Source of the DNA: Justusliebigvirus alia
DNA length: 64,000 nt
Sequence record: OZ035799.1
Direction: 5' to 3' (one strand)
Shown here: one piece after another, positions 38,433 through 48,443 of the stretch
Layout: every line of letters starts with the position of its first letter
How positions within the stretch are numbered: the first letter of the stretch is position 1
Position numbers and translations under genes: made by a program
The notes under the pieces: generated by a model
What the model was told of the DNA's origin: nothing
The model's database searches: none
What the model saw: the letters and a program-made list of their open reading frames with translations, nothing else

Positions 38433-39380
38433 TTAGAAACAGTGCAGGAAGTTTCGACCATACTGCAAACCAATAGGAGCAAATGGGATATCATCATCGA
38501 AATCTTGAACAACAGGTTCTGGTTCTTTCGGTGCTGGCTCTTTCTTCTCTACTTTTTTAGTTTCTTTCTTAACTTCTTGTACTGGGGTAGACATTCCACG
38601 GATAGCAGCAGCTACTTTATCAGACAAAGCAAGAACTTCACGAGCAGCTTCAATAATCTCTTCTGCCGTTACAGTTTTACCTGTATGATCACGACAAGCG
38701 TTAAGAATTGCGTGTCCAACTGAAGCACCAAGATCATAGTCAGTCACATCAACGCCACGATCTTTAGCAATTTCTGCTTTCAGAGTAACAGTTGCAGATT
38801 GTACCACACCAGCCAAGTCGAAAGCATCACCTTTCACACCAGCACGTAGAAGCTCCAGAGCGCCGTTTACAGCGTGTCCTGTTTCAATCCCTACGGTATC
38901 ACGTTTTTTGTAGTTAGGCTTGCTACCTTCGTTATTAGATGGCTTGTTTCCACCTTTTGAAGAAGATTGTGCTTGCTGAACACCTTCTGTTGAAAGAATA
39001 GTGATTTTACCTTTAGAGGAATTGTAGTATGTTTTGCCATTCCATTCAGAAGGTTTAACATCCATAGTTAGTTCTACACCTTTTTCGATAGTAACCCACT
39101 TGTCACCATCTTTAACTTGCAGGTTTTCATGTTCTGGATGCAGTTTAACTTCACCTAGGCTAACCCAAACACCTTTATCATCAGCACTAGCACCTTTCTC
39201 TTTAATAAGCAGAGATGCTTTGTGAGTTGATTCAATTTTCTTATCTGGCTGACCTGCAACCTTAATATAAGAGACTTTCATTTCATCAAACTTATCCAGT
39301 TTGACATATTCAACGATACCTTCAGCCCAGAATGCTTCTTTTTTAGTACGACGGTCAATTTCAGAATTAATTACTGGCAT
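38433..39380 (-). CDS. SSB-like protein with an internalised DDDIPF motif (putative single-stranded DNA-binding protein)
   Basis: Acidic tail EPEPVVQDFDDDIPF matches the bacterial SSB C-terminal partner-binding motif, but here it is followed by 15 more residues (APIGLQYGRNFLHCF). Gly/Ser/Asn-rich linker. Sits in the replication block. Confidence 0.4.
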   Translation of the reverse strand: MPVINSEIDRRTKKEAFWAEGIVEYVKLDKFDEMKVSYIKVAGQPDKKIESTHKASLLIKEKGASADDKGVWVSLGEVKLHPEHENLQVKDGDKWVTIEKGVELTMDVKPSEWNGKTYYNSSKGKITILSTEGVQQAQSSSKGGNKPSNNEGSKPNYKKRDTVGIETGHAVNGALELLRAGVKGDAFDLAGVVQSATVTLKAEIAKDRGVDVTDYDLGASVGHAILNACRDHTGKTVTAEEIIEAAREVLALSDKVAAAIRGMSTPVQEVKKETKKVEKKEPAPKEPEPVVQDFDDDIPFAPIGLQYGRNFLHCF

Positions 39381-39396
39381 AAATTCTCCTCTATAA

Positions 39397-39795
39397 TTAC
39401 ATTACTTTAACACAAAACTCTCGTAAAAGAGTAGCGTCAGTTTCTTCCAACAGGTATTTACCAAGACCAATACCAAATCCTATTTCACCACTTTCAAAAT
39501 GGAGGATTTGTATCTTTTCTCCACCAAGGTTAATTACTTTTGCTTTTCCAGGATTATCCAAAACATCTCGTATTGTATCCTGTAGTAGCATTAGTTCACG
39601 TTTTGTGATAGTGGTTTCAGATATCTCTTTGTTTTCTACTCTCACTGTTAAACGGTTGTATCCACCAAAGAGACATAGTATTTGAATAAAAAAGGTATTA
39701 TCTTGAGGTTCAACATCTTTTTTAGTTAGCTCAAGACGATTAGTTTCTCTACTGTAGAACGTCTCGACTAAGATTTTAGAACGATTATCTATCAT
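39397..39795 (-). CDS. Hypothetical protein
   Basis: 132 aa ORF; no motif recognised. Confidence 0.45.
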   Translation of the reverse strand: MIDNRSKILVETFYSRETNRLELTKKDVEPQDNTFFIQILCLFGGYNRLTVRVENKEISETTITKRELMLLQDTIRDVLDNPGKAKVINLGGEKIQILHFESGEIGFGIGLGKYLLEETDATLLREFCVKVM

Positions 39796-39838
39796 TCAAG
39801 TCCTCATAATAACACATAATTATAATGTTTGTCAACAC

Positions 39839-40432
39839 TTAAATCTTAAATTCTTCACTGTTAAATGAATCCAGTGTACGTACTTCTGGTTCTTTGGGAA
39901 TGAAAACGTCTTTTACAAAGCGGAACATAGGGAAACGTTCTGCCATTTTACGGACGTGTGCTTCTTTACCTGTGTATCGGTGATTAATAGTACAAATATT
40001 AGTTTTCAGTGCAAATTCAAAATCTGGATGATATACATAATTTTGACCATCCCAGTAACACAGGCAAATAGCTACATCAAAGTTCCATACGATTTCACTG
40101 CGTACACCCTCTTCCATGATCATAAAGTTAAACTTAAGATCTTTATAGTATGCTTCAAATACCCATTTCAAATGTGGTAGTTCGGCATAAGTGTGTTCTG
40201 TTTGCTTAGTAAGTTGTTTAACATTACGTGCACCAACACCCAACATCAAAAATTTCTCTACTAGTACGAGTGTATTGTGGTTAGGCATACGCAAGTAAAT
40301 GTCAATATCTTGCGCAGGTTTCTCTAATCGCCAGTCACGTACAGCGCCGCCAGCTACAATTGCAAACGGATCTACCAGTTGGCACATACGTAATACTTCT
40401 AAAGCTCGTACTTTTTGATCTTCAATATTCAT
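39839..40432 (-). CDS. Pol-beta superfamily nucleotidyltransferase (CCA-adding enzyme / poly(A) polymerase head-domain-like)
   Basis: Motif IVAGGAVRDWRL...DIDIY matches the GGxVRD...DxD signature of class II tRNA nucleotidyltransferases. Only ~200 aa, so head domain only. Start moved to the ATG at 40432 (RBS TAGGAG). Confidence 0.55.
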   Translation of the reverse strand: MNIEDQKVRALEVLRMCQLVDPFAIVAGGAVRDWRLEKPAQDIDIYLRMPNHNTLVLVEKFLMLGVGARNVKQLTKQTEHTYAELPHLKWVFEAYYKDLKFNFMIMEEGVRSEIVWNFDVAICLCYWDGQNYVYHPDFEFALKTNICTINHRYTGKEAHVRKMAERFPMFRFVKDVFIPKEPEVRTLDSFNSEEFKI

Positions 40433-40440
40433 ATTTTCTC

Positions 40441-41037
40441 CTATCGTTTCCACTCTTTGTGTTGTTCTACATGCTCAAGCATTTCATTATATAGTGCTTT
40501 AAGATGTGGAACAACTCTTTCATCTTCAATTTCAAAGAATTTTGTAAGCTGTTCTGCCTTAGCCTTCAACCAACAAAGATGCGCTTCAATTTCAGTATTA
40601 AAACGTCCCAGCGTTTTCATGCGACCGTCTACTTTTATGTTGGCTTTATACTTTTTACGATCTTTCTCGTAACTACAGCCTACCATAGTCCCATGAGATC
40701 TTTTACTTACCCTATAAGCTAAGAACTTATTAAGATCTCCTGTTACTAAAAGACAGGTATTGGGAGAGTAAACTCTCCCTCCTATAATATCTTTATCAAG
40801 TTCTAAGTTTTCCCAGTTATCCCAAGTTTGCAACCAGGAGTAGAAATTGGAGAACAGTTTCCATTCTTCACAAACCGTCACCCCCTTATAACAAGGATCA
40901 CGTTCTTGTTGACAAGGGGAGTAACACCTCCCCAACATAGCCATCCATTTCATATAATGCGGCGTTAGTTTCTTACTACCAGGTAGCGTACTCTCGCCTT
41001 CCAAATCATTAATACCTTCACCATATACGGTAAGCAT
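40441..41037 (-). CDS. AP2-domain protein, putative free-standing homing endonuclease (HNH-like N-terminal region)
   Basis: C-terminal YKANIKVDGRMKTLGRFNTEIEAHLCWLKA fits the AP2 DNA-binding domain pattern. N-terminal Cys/Trp-rich region (WMAMLGRCY...VCEEW) is of the type seen in phage HNH-AP2 endonucleases. Confidence 0.5.
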   Translation of the reverse strand: MLTVYGEGINDLEGESTLPGSKKLTPHYMKWMAMLGRCYSPCQQERDPCYKGVTVCEEWKLFSNFYSWLQTWDNWENLELDKDIIGGRVYSPNTCLLVTGDLNKFLAYRVSKRSHGTMVGCSYEKDRKKYKANIKVDGRMKTLGRFNTEIEAHLCWLKAKAEQLTKFFEIEDERVVPHLKALYNEMLEHVEQHKEWKR

Positions 41038-41064
41038 AAAAACTCCTTTAAAATCAAAGAGTTG

Positions 41065-43644
41065 TCAGTGACAACTGGCCCATGAGTTACCAACATCGTA
41101 ACCAGCAGTGAGAGGTACATTAAGATTGTAATACTCACCAGCTTTATTAACAGCGATAGATGCTAATTCTCCAGCACGACTGTAGGCTGTAAACCAACCA
41201 CCTTTTGGAGATTCATGTACGTTAGCCCAAATCTTGCCAGTACGTTTCTCTTCCTCTTCTTTCCAAGCATTAACTTTATCCAAACATTCTTTATCAATTT
41301 TCTTTTGTTCTTCTGGATCATCAACTTGAGTCCAACCTAAAGATTCTTTAGAGAACCATTTAAAATGCACCAGATCACGAGTTACTTCAAGCTGTGCTTC
41401 ATCGTGATATGCAATCATTTGTTGAACGAATGACTTATTTTTCCAGTCATCAACAAAAAAGTCAACAGCTAATCCTTCTTCTTCGATAAGATCGTCGTAG
41501 ATAACCATTGCTCTTTTTGCACAAATAACACCACCACTCTGGAACAGAGAGTTAAGTATTGCGTGTGCAGATCGTGTAGGTACTTTTCTACCATCAATAC
41601 CAAGAATGTATTTCTTACCTGTTTTAACCCAAAAATCATGCAGACGTTCTTTAAGAAGCGCAAGAGGTTTTGCAGCTTCCCAGAAAGCATCGTATACAAG
41701 CTGTCCTGTATACATATCACTACCTATAGTTTTTGCTACTTTTGCAGCTTGAGCACCATAAGTAATACCATACTTAACAGATTTAGCAGGGCTTCGTTCA
41801 AACTTACGACCAATAGTGTCAGAAATACGTCGAGCCATCATTGTATGAACATCATTAGGTTTTTCCAACAATAGAGCATTACAATATTCGTGTGGTTCCT
41901 GCTCGTACCGCCAACAGTAGTGGGATTCTATTTTTGCCTCAAGAGAATCAAAGTCATAACCAATTTGGAAGTATTTTGGAACTTCTACACCAAATAAGTT
42001 ACGCATTTCATATCCGTACAGAGATGTTACACGTGGGATATTTGCTACTAACCTATGTTTCATACGAGATGTAGCCGCATCACACGTTGCAGCAGGAGTT
42101 GGTATACGACCATCAGCCCTTACTGCTGCCAGATAACCCTTATCGTAATCCTCTTCATCTTCTTCCCAATCAGCACCACCTCCTAGAATAGAGTTCCTAC
42201 GGTGTTTATACGTAAGATACTGCACAATCTGCGTAGCATAAGGAAACTTTTCACCCAGTGCTTCCAAGTTAGGACAAATATCTTTCTCTTGCCCTTTTGT
42301 AAAGGAAGGGTTAGTAAGCACTTTAACACCACGACCTTTAGCTTTAGCAATACGATCTCTTAGTTTCCATTCCAAAGTTTCTGGTGTGCACTCCAGATGA
42401 TCACATCTGTCCTGGCAGAAGTTAGATGCTAACGTTTGATCAACATAGTCACGAATAGCTTTCTCCATCTGTGCTTCATCTTTCTTAATCTTAGTGCCAG
42501 ATTTAAGAGTGATATCTTTATCTTTATATTCAGATGGACTCCAACCTAAACCAACTAACCAGTTTTTAATATGTGTAGTGTCGTCTAAAGTAGCAGGTAC
42601 TGTAGGATCACAAATAGGTTCTTCTGCTGGAATAGGGAGTTTAAACTCTTTACCTAATGCAAATAACCACCAACCATCTTCTTTTTGTACAAGTTCACCA
42701 GAATGTTTCTCTGCAAACTTTATCATGTTACTTGAAGGTTCACCATTCTTTTTAAACTGTAGTTTAGGTGGAATGAATGATTTCAAATAACCTTTAGTAG
42801 CAGGTTTAGGAGGTAGCACAGGTTCTGCCTCTAAACGACATGCTTCCATTCGAGCATCCAGATCACGAATATTATCTTCTGCTTGTTTCATATTGAAAGC
42901 AAAGCCACGGTGCTCTTGACGTGTAATAATATCCGCTACACGTTGTTCTAAGTTAAATGGTTCAGACCACTTATTATAATCACCCCACTCTTCCATCAAA
43001 TAACGGAACACTGCGGTGTTAGCTTTGTTATCGTAAATACAGTAATACAGCATATCTGCTGCAAATGTTTTAAATCTTTCAGTTTCAGGAATGTTTTTTC
43101 TAAAATCAATTTTAACATCCCCTCCAGCTTTTTTAGATAACTCTGCCAGACTATGACCACCGAAGCGATCAGGGTTTAGTGTCTTACTTAAGATCATAGT
43201 ATCACAAATTTCAATGTTACTATTACCCCAAGTATTGTACTTAATACTGTAGTTGAGTTTAAAAAATAATTTAATTGCCAGTAAGTCGAAGTTAATGATG
43301 TTGTGTCCAACTACTTTGGTAATTTTATAGTTTGAATTACCTTTAAATTTACCTGTTCCGTTTACAAAATCAGGAAAATCTTTAAGAGGGAAATGGGTAT
43401 ATTCTAAATGCTCATATTCCTCCAGTCGGTATTCATACTTTCCGTCAGTCTCAATATACGGACGACCATCGAAAAGATATTTATCACCATCATGGAAAGC
43501 AATAATCTCTCCAGTATCATGACTTTCGCACACAATACAGTGCATTGCAAAACTATCTTTTAAACGATATGGACTTGCCAAGTAATCTACACTTTCGTCA
43601 TTAAGCAAGTTGTTACTTTCAATGTCGAAAGTAAAAGCTCCCAT
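41065..43644 (-). CDS. DNA polymerase, family A (with 3'-5' exonuclease domain)
   Basis: 859 aa. Exo I-like motif FTFDIESNN at the N-terminus. Length and position next to the primase-helicase fit a T7/T5-type replicative Pol I. Confidence 0.85.
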   Translation of the reverse strand: MGAFTFDIESNNLLNDESVDYLASPYRLKDSFAMHCIVCESHDTGEIIAFHDGDKYLFDGRPYIETDGKYEYRLEEYEHLEYTHFPLKDFPDFVNGTGKFKGNSNYKITKVVGHNIINFDLLAIKLFFKLNYSIKYNTWGNSNIEICDTMILSKTLNPDRFGGHSLAELSKKAGGDVKIDFRKNIPETERFKTFAADMLYYCIYDNKANTAVFRYLMEEWGDYNKWSEPFNLEQRVADIITRQEHRGFAFNMKQAEDNIRDLDARMEACRLEAEPVLPPKPATKGYLKSFIPPKLQFKKNGEPSSNMIKFAEKHSGELVQKEDGWWLFALGKEFKLPIPAEEPICDPTVPATLDDTTHIKNWLVGLGWSPSEYKDKDITLKSGTKIKKDEAQMEKAIRDYVDQTLASNFCQDRCDHLECTPETLEWKLRDRIAKAKGRGVKVLTNPSFTKGQEKDICPNLEALGEKFPYATQIVQYLTYKHRRNSILGGGADWEEDEEDYDKGYLAAVRADGRIPTPAATCDAATSRMKHRLVANIPRVTSLYGYEMRNLFGVEVPKYFQIGYDFDSLEAKIESHYCWRYEQEPHEYCNALLLEKPNDVHTMMARRISDTIGRKFERSPAKSVKYGITYGAQAAKVAKTIGSDMYTGQLVYDAFWEAAKPLALLKERLHDFWVKTGKKYILGIDGRKVPTRSAHAILNSLFQSGGVICAKRAMVIYDDLIEEEGLAVDFFVDDWKNKSFVQQMIAYHDEAQLEVTRDLVHFKWFSKESLGWTQVDDPEEQKKIDKECLDKVNAWKEEEEKRTGKIWANVHESPKGGWFTAYSRAGELASIAVNKAGEYYNLNVPLTAGYDVGNSWASCH

Positions 43645-43737
43645 TCTCCCTCCTTAAAATATTTCTAAAGTCTTAATTTGTTAATACTGTACCACAAATT
43701 AATTGTTTTGTAAAGGGGCTTTCGCCCCTTCTTGTTA

Positions 43738-44130
43738 TTAATTGTCAGCACTTAGTTGTACTTTAATAAGGCAATTAGGGACACCATTGGTATTTCTCAA
43801 GCCTACACGTTCGATTTTAACAGTGCCTGTCAAACCATTAAAAGTGGAAACAATGTTATTAATGTTTTCATCCTTACTAGTGATATCAAGAACAACTTTA
43901 TCACTAACATTTTTCAACATACGATCTACAAGCTCTCCCACAAAACCACTGGTAGTTTGAATGAGAAGGTATAGACAACCATCCTCAAACCACAAATGTT
44001 CACCATAAGCATAACCGTATGGTTCTAATTCCGATCCGTCTTGGAATTTAAACTTAGCAATAGTTTTCGTATAATCATACGCTAAAGCAGAAGGGGATAC
44101 CCCATAGAGGATGTTTTCGTTGTCTTTCAT
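43738..44130 (-). CDS. Hypothetical protein
   Basis: 130 aa ORF between primase-helicase and polymerase; hairpin at 43713-43730 follows its stop. Confidence 0.45.
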   Translation of the reverse strand: MKDNENILYGVSPSALAYDYTKTIAKFKFQDGSELEPYGYAYGEHLWFEDGCLYLLIQTTSGFVGELVDRMLKNVSDKVVLDITSKDENINNIVSTFNGLTGTVKIERVGLRNTNGVPNCLIKVQLSADN

Positions 44131-44141
44131 ATTTTTTCTCC

Positions 44142-45914
44142 TTAATAAGAACCAGCAGGAATATTCTCTGGGTTACTTGTGTATTGATCGTAATCGTGAA
44201 GTGTAGCTGTTTTAATCTCATAGAAGAAACTACCTGCTGCACCAGTCTCTGAGAACTCACGGTTCTTTAGAATGTAGCAATATGTGCGGTTACGTTCCAT
44301 AGGATCTTCAGCTTGTTTATCACGCTCCAGCGCAATTGTGATACCAGCACCTTTAGCAAGGAAGCTACTACCCATTGCATCATCTTCTACAATATGTTCA
44401 TTACTATTGTTAGAAGACTTTTTAACGTGTGAAATTACAACAATGGTTATTGCATACTCTTTCATAATGCGTTTCAGCCACGTCGCAAGTTCCTCTTGTT
44501 GTGACACGTCCATACCAGAAAGCAAATCAGAATAAGGGTCGATAACAAGAATGGTTACTCCGAAATAAATAATCATTTCCAGAACCTTCTCTTTAATCAC
44601 ATCTACGTTAGCTCCACGATCATCACAAACATAGAAACGTGGTGTTCCATCTTCCCGTTCGTAAAAATCACGAATCTTTTCTTCATTATCTTTTAAAATC
44701 TTTTCCTTCTCTTCTTTCGTTTTACGGTGAAGAGGGATATGCAAGAATGAAGACAGTAAGTTACGAGAATACTTCTTATACGTTGCCTCCAAAGATAAAA
44801 TACCAAGAGTATGTTCTGGGTGTGCAAGAATAATGTGTTTCGTAATCTCGTTAACCAACAGTGTCTTACCGATACTTGTTTTTGCAAGTATAACAGTAAT
44901 TTCTTCTTCTACCAAGCCTCCACCTAACATATTAGAAGCAACACGCATGAATGGAGGAAGGGTAATCATTTTAGCTTCCAGGCATTCCAAGGCTGCTTCA
45001 TACAGTACGTTAGAAGCGTAAACACCAGCAGGTGTGTATAGTTTAGCTTTGAAAAAGCGATCAATAAAATGATCAATTTTTCCTTCTACTAGTGCCTGGT
45101 TAGGATCTTTAACATCAGTTAGCTCCATCACGTAAACTTTATTACGTGGTAAGATTTTAACACATTTCTCAACTGCTGCACGTCCAGCTTCATCATTGTC
45201 CATACATAGAACAATCTTTTTAAATTGGTCTAAGAATTTATAACGATGTTGAAGCTGTTTATGCAGAGATGTTTCGCCACAAGTACCAGATACTACAGCA
45301 GGAACAGGATATTTACCACCCTTGTTATAATCTTTTAGCATCTGTGTTGCAGCCAGCATATCGTGTTCACCACCAACGATTAGAATAGTACCGCTGTGGT
45401 TACGATATTTAAACTCCCCAAAAAGATCACAATCCTTTCCTGTTTCACCGATAGGATGCGAGAAATCTTTTGGATCGATACGTTGTTTATACCCAGCAAT
45501 ATTGTAATCTTTAGTTGTAGGGTATAGTGTTGAAATTACTTCGCCAGTAGCTTCATCGTACATATAGCGTACACCGAAAGGTTTAGAGATATCTTCACGA
45601 ATACCGCGATAACCTTTTGGATTAGTTCCAGTGCTGGCTTTTAGTTTATCATGTACTTCTGGATTAAACTCACTACCCAAGATATCCTCCTCTTCAATTT
45701 CTTCGCCGTGTGCATTTAACCATTTTTGATCAGGGATAGTAAAGCCACAAGAAAAACAATGTGCGCCTCGATGGTCTTCATCGGCATCTAAGCCATATAC
45801 CATCAAATTGTTTTGTGATCGATCACGCCCTCCTTTCATACAACGAGGACACCCAGTATGTCCTTCTTGACTTAGATCAATGTTATACCCATATTTATTT
45901 ACAACATAAGACAC
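44142..45914 (-). CDS. Primase-helicase (T7 gp4-like: zinc finger, primase, DnaB-type helicase)
   Basis: N-terminal zinc ribbon CPRC...CFSCGF. Helicase Walker A SIGKT and Walker B-like VIDPY. Confidence 0.8.
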   Translation of the reverse strand: MSYVVNKYGYNIDLSQEGHTGCPRCMKGGRDRSQNNLMVYGLDADEDHRGAHCFSCGFTIPDQKWLNAHGEEIEEEDILGSEFNPEVHDKLKASTGTNPKGYRGIREDISKPFGVRYMYDEATGEVISTLYPTTKDYNIAGYKQRIDPKDFSHPIGETGKDCDLFGEFKYRNHSGTILIVGGEHDMLAATQMLKDYNKGGKYPVPAVVSGTCGETSLHKQLQHRYKFLDQFKKIVLCMDNDEAGRAAVEKCVKILPRNKVYVMELTDVKDPNQALVEGKIDHFIDRFFKAKLYTPAGVYASNVLYEAALECLEAKMITLPPFMRVASNMLGGGLVEEEITVILAKTSIGKTLLVNEITKHIILAHPEHTLGILSLEATYKKYSRNLLSSFLHIPLHRKTKEEKEKILKDNEEKIRDFYEREDGTPRFYVCDDRGANVDVIKEKVLEMIIYFGVTILVIDPYSDLLSGMDVSQQEELATWLKRIMKEYAITIVVISHVKKSSNNSNEHIVEDDAMGSSFLAKGAGITIALERDKQAEDPMERNRTYCYILKNREFSETGAAGSFFYEIKTATLHDYDQYTSNPENIPAGSY

Positions 45915-45926
45915 ATGATTCTCCTA

Positions 45927-46196
45927 CTAAAATGATTCGTTTGTCTCCATAATATATTGCATTTCCAAATCTTCCATATGTTTCTTAAATTGGTAAACAA
46001 TTTCCGATGGGGAAATATCTATATCAAAAAGTTCTTTTGTACCAGAATAAAACCTAATACCATCAACAATAAGACCACCATAATAATCCCAATCACTTTC
46101 TCGTGAGAAAGGGTTAGGTTCTTCATAATAGTAATCTACTTCAACAATAATAGGTTCTTTATTATCTTGTTTATACTCAAAATCAAAAGTGTTCAT
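45927..46196 (-). CDS. Hypothetical acidic protein
   Basis: 89 aa ORF, stop overlaps start of the downstream gene. Confidence 0.4.
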   Translation of the reverse strand: MNTFDFEYKQDNKEPIIVEVDYYYEEPNPFSRESDWDYYGGLIVDGIRFYSGTKELFDIDISPSEIVYQFKKHMEDLEMQYIMETNESF

Positions 46197-47140
46197 TATA
46201 AATCCTCGATAAGCAGTCTGCGGGTTTCATTTAAATCATCAATATTGTAGTTATCTCTTACATACTTAGCAAGAGCCAATCCTTTCTCAATACAAACATC
46301 AGGAGATTCGATTAAGTATTCTACAATATCTTTCCACTCTTTAACTGAATCAGCAAAGAAGATTAGATCTTTAAATTCTTCAGTATAATAGTTCTCTCGT
46401 GGCGAACAAACGAGTGGCAAACCTTTAGCACCAGCTTCAAGAATTTTTAAATTACTTTTGGCATTATTAAAATGATTATTTACTAACGGAGCTATGGAGA
46501 TTTGATGACCATCGTATGCTTCCATATAACACTCATAAGGACGAATACCTTCATAAACACAATCTGGTTGAATATCTTCTTTAATTTGCAACCATTGAGC
46601 ACTACTTAACTCTTCGTGATCTCTACGAAATCCACATAAAGTTAAATCTTTACCAAAACCAGGAAGAATAGCTAAATCATGTTTATGTGTTTCACTTCCC
46701 GCCCAAACCAGTGGACTTTTAGAATAACGGTCTTTTGTCAAAGTAAATTGACCTTCGTCGTAAGGTAGTGCGTTTCTAATAACGACAACATTACGATTTA
46801 AATGACGAATTTTGTAAGCTAGGTATTCTGTTGTTACAGTAACAACATCTGCTAACTTGACCATCTCTACGATAGTCTTTGAGTGATTAGCAAATACGCC
46901 AGCCATATAATGTTCAGGATTAAGTGAATAAAAGTCATCTAAATCAACAATAATCTTAACACCTTGTGCCTTGAGGCGTTTAACCTCGTCTGCTCCATGA
47001 GAATACACTCTATTAAAAACCAAAACGTCTTTCTTAGGTTTAAACGTATTTCCAGCAAATGGCATTACAATACGATGGTAATCACAACCACTGCCTAACT
47101 TATTATCACACTTAAGTACAGGAGTATTAGGATTTACCAT
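46196..47140 (-). CDS. Glycosyltransferase, GT-B fold (family 1-like)
   Basis: C-terminal motif SNLKILEAGAKGLPLVCS resembles the GT1 signature (K..EA.A.G.PvV). Start moved to the ATG at 47140 (RBS GAGGAGG). Confidence 0.6.
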   Translation of the reverse strand: MVNPNTPVLKCDNKLGSGCDYHRIVMPFAGNTFKPKKDVLVFNRVYSHGADEVKRLKAQGVKIIVDLDDFYSLNPEHYMAGVFANHSKTIVEMVKLADVVTVTTEYLAYKIRHLNRNVVVIRNALPYDEGQFTLTKDRYSKSPLVWAGSETHKHDLAILPGFGKDLTLCGFRRDHEELSSAQWLQIKEDIQPDCVYEGIRPYECYMEAYDGHQISIAPLVNNHFNNAKSNLKILEAGAKGLPLVCSPRENYYTEEFKDLIFFADSVKEWKDIVEYLIESPDVCIEKGLALAKYVRDNYNIDDLNETRRLLIEDL

Positions 47141-47813
47141 GTTTTTGAGCCTCCTCATAAGAGATAAAAGTTTTACCATTGCGAAGATCCTCCAGTGATT
47201 GTTTATATTGTTCCCAGTTTACACCAATCCCCTGTTCTTTCTCTTCTTTTGACAGATTCGCAAAAGGTAAAGGATTGTCTCCAAACACATCGTCAGGATG
47301 GATAAACGCCATAATTCGAATAGGACATGGTACGCCTTGAATACCTCGGTTCAAACCTGCCAGTGGAACGCGATGAATCCACTCTGCATCTTCATATCCA
47401 TAACCGTGGGTGTATGAGCGGAAATAGCCAGCTTTCTCAATAACTGCACGGGAATACATACCAAACTGGCACATTCCTAGCTCCCAAATAACCACTTCCC
47501 CTTCAATACCTTTTACTTTATCTTTAAAGTATTCAGGCATACCAAAGAAATCCCAACCATTTTCCTTCGCCTGTTTTACAAAATATGTTTCCCAACCTTG
47601 AACAACAGGATAGCAATCATCATCAAAAATAAACCAGTAATCATACCCTTCATCATAAAACTTTTTCATCAGTTCATTACGGGCATATGCAACACCTTTT
47701 CGTTCACGATCATACTGCACAACAAAAGTAGCATTAGGATCAGTCACAAGATAATCTTTAAGAGGACGCTTACCTACAGTAATAACACCAACACCGATTT
47801 TTGTATTTTCCAA
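47127..47813 (-). CDS. Glycosyltransferase-like protein (GT-A fold, DxD motif)
   Basis: FIFDDDCYP acidic motif and GYGYEDAEW; general GT-A-like layout. Weak, motif-only call. Confidence 0.4.
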   Translation of the reverse strand: MENTKIGVGVITVGKRPLKDYLVTDPNATFVVQYDRERKGVAYARNELMKKFYDEGYDYWFIFDDDCYPVVQGWETYFVKQAKENGWDFFGMPEYFKDKVKGIEGEVVIWELGMCQFGMYSRAVIEKAGYFRSYTHGYGYEDAEWIHRVPLAGLNRGIQGVPCPIRIMAFIHPDDVFGDNPLPFANLSKEEKEQGIGVNWEQYKQSLEDLRNGKTFISYEEAQKHGKS

Positions 47814-47822
47814 AATAACTCC

Positions 47823-48386
47823 TTAAATAATTTTATTCATGTCTTGACAATGTAAAAGGTGTGAAACAGCTTTCCTAGGATCATCACTACCTAAACGGTA
47901 TGTGTGAAATAAATATAACCCACGTAATAAACCTAGCCTTTTGTTGTTAGCATGTAATGCTTTAGAGAAAATTATATCAAACTGTATTGACCTTTCCTCA
48001 AAAGGTATTTCATTCCACAGGCTCTTACGAAAGAGAAGAAAGAATCCTGCTAAGATAGCATCTGTAGGTACTTCCTCTATTGAGTTTCCCCATTCTAGAT
48101 GTGCTCTTTTTGCAATCTCAATGTGGTGTAATATATTTGGATCTTCACTTCTTTCATTATTAAATAATTGATATGTTGATCCCAATCTATTACAAGATGC
48201 ACCAAGAACATCAAAATCAGGATTTGAACGGACTATTGATTCCAACCAAGCAGGTTGTTCTGGAAGAAGAAACATTGTATCAATGTCTCTTAGGCAAATC
48301 CAACTATCTTCTGGTAAGACACTTATTGTGTCATTGATACCTTTTCCAATATCTCCAGAAAGATAGGGAGTTATGTGAAATATCAT
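47823..48386 (-). CDS. Putative glycosyltransferase-like protein
   Basis: ICLRDIDTMF (DxD-like). Adjacent to two other glycosyltransferase candidates. Low-confidence motif call. Confidence 0.3.
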   Translation of the reverse strand: MIFHITPYLSGDIGKGINDTISVLPEDSWICLRDIDTMFLLPEQPAWLESIVRSNPDFDVLGASCNRLGSTYQLFNNERSEDPNILHHIEIAKRAHLEWGNSIEEVPTDAILAGFFLLFRKSLWNEIPFEERSIQFDIIFSKALHANNKRLGLLRGLYLFHTYRLGSDDPRKAVSHLLHCQDMNKII

Positions 48387-48443
48387 ACTCCCTCCGTATT
48401 ATTACTTTAGCATTTTTAGACTAAAAAGTCCAAATGGTTTTAC

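Noticed and set aside
43700-43737. Hairpin AAGGGGC-TTTC-GCCCCTT between the 43738 ORF and the polymerase gene as a strong terminator.
   Set aside because: There is no U-rich tail on the minus strand and the polymerase RBS follows within ~60 nt. More likely a processing or stability hairpin than an efficient terminator.
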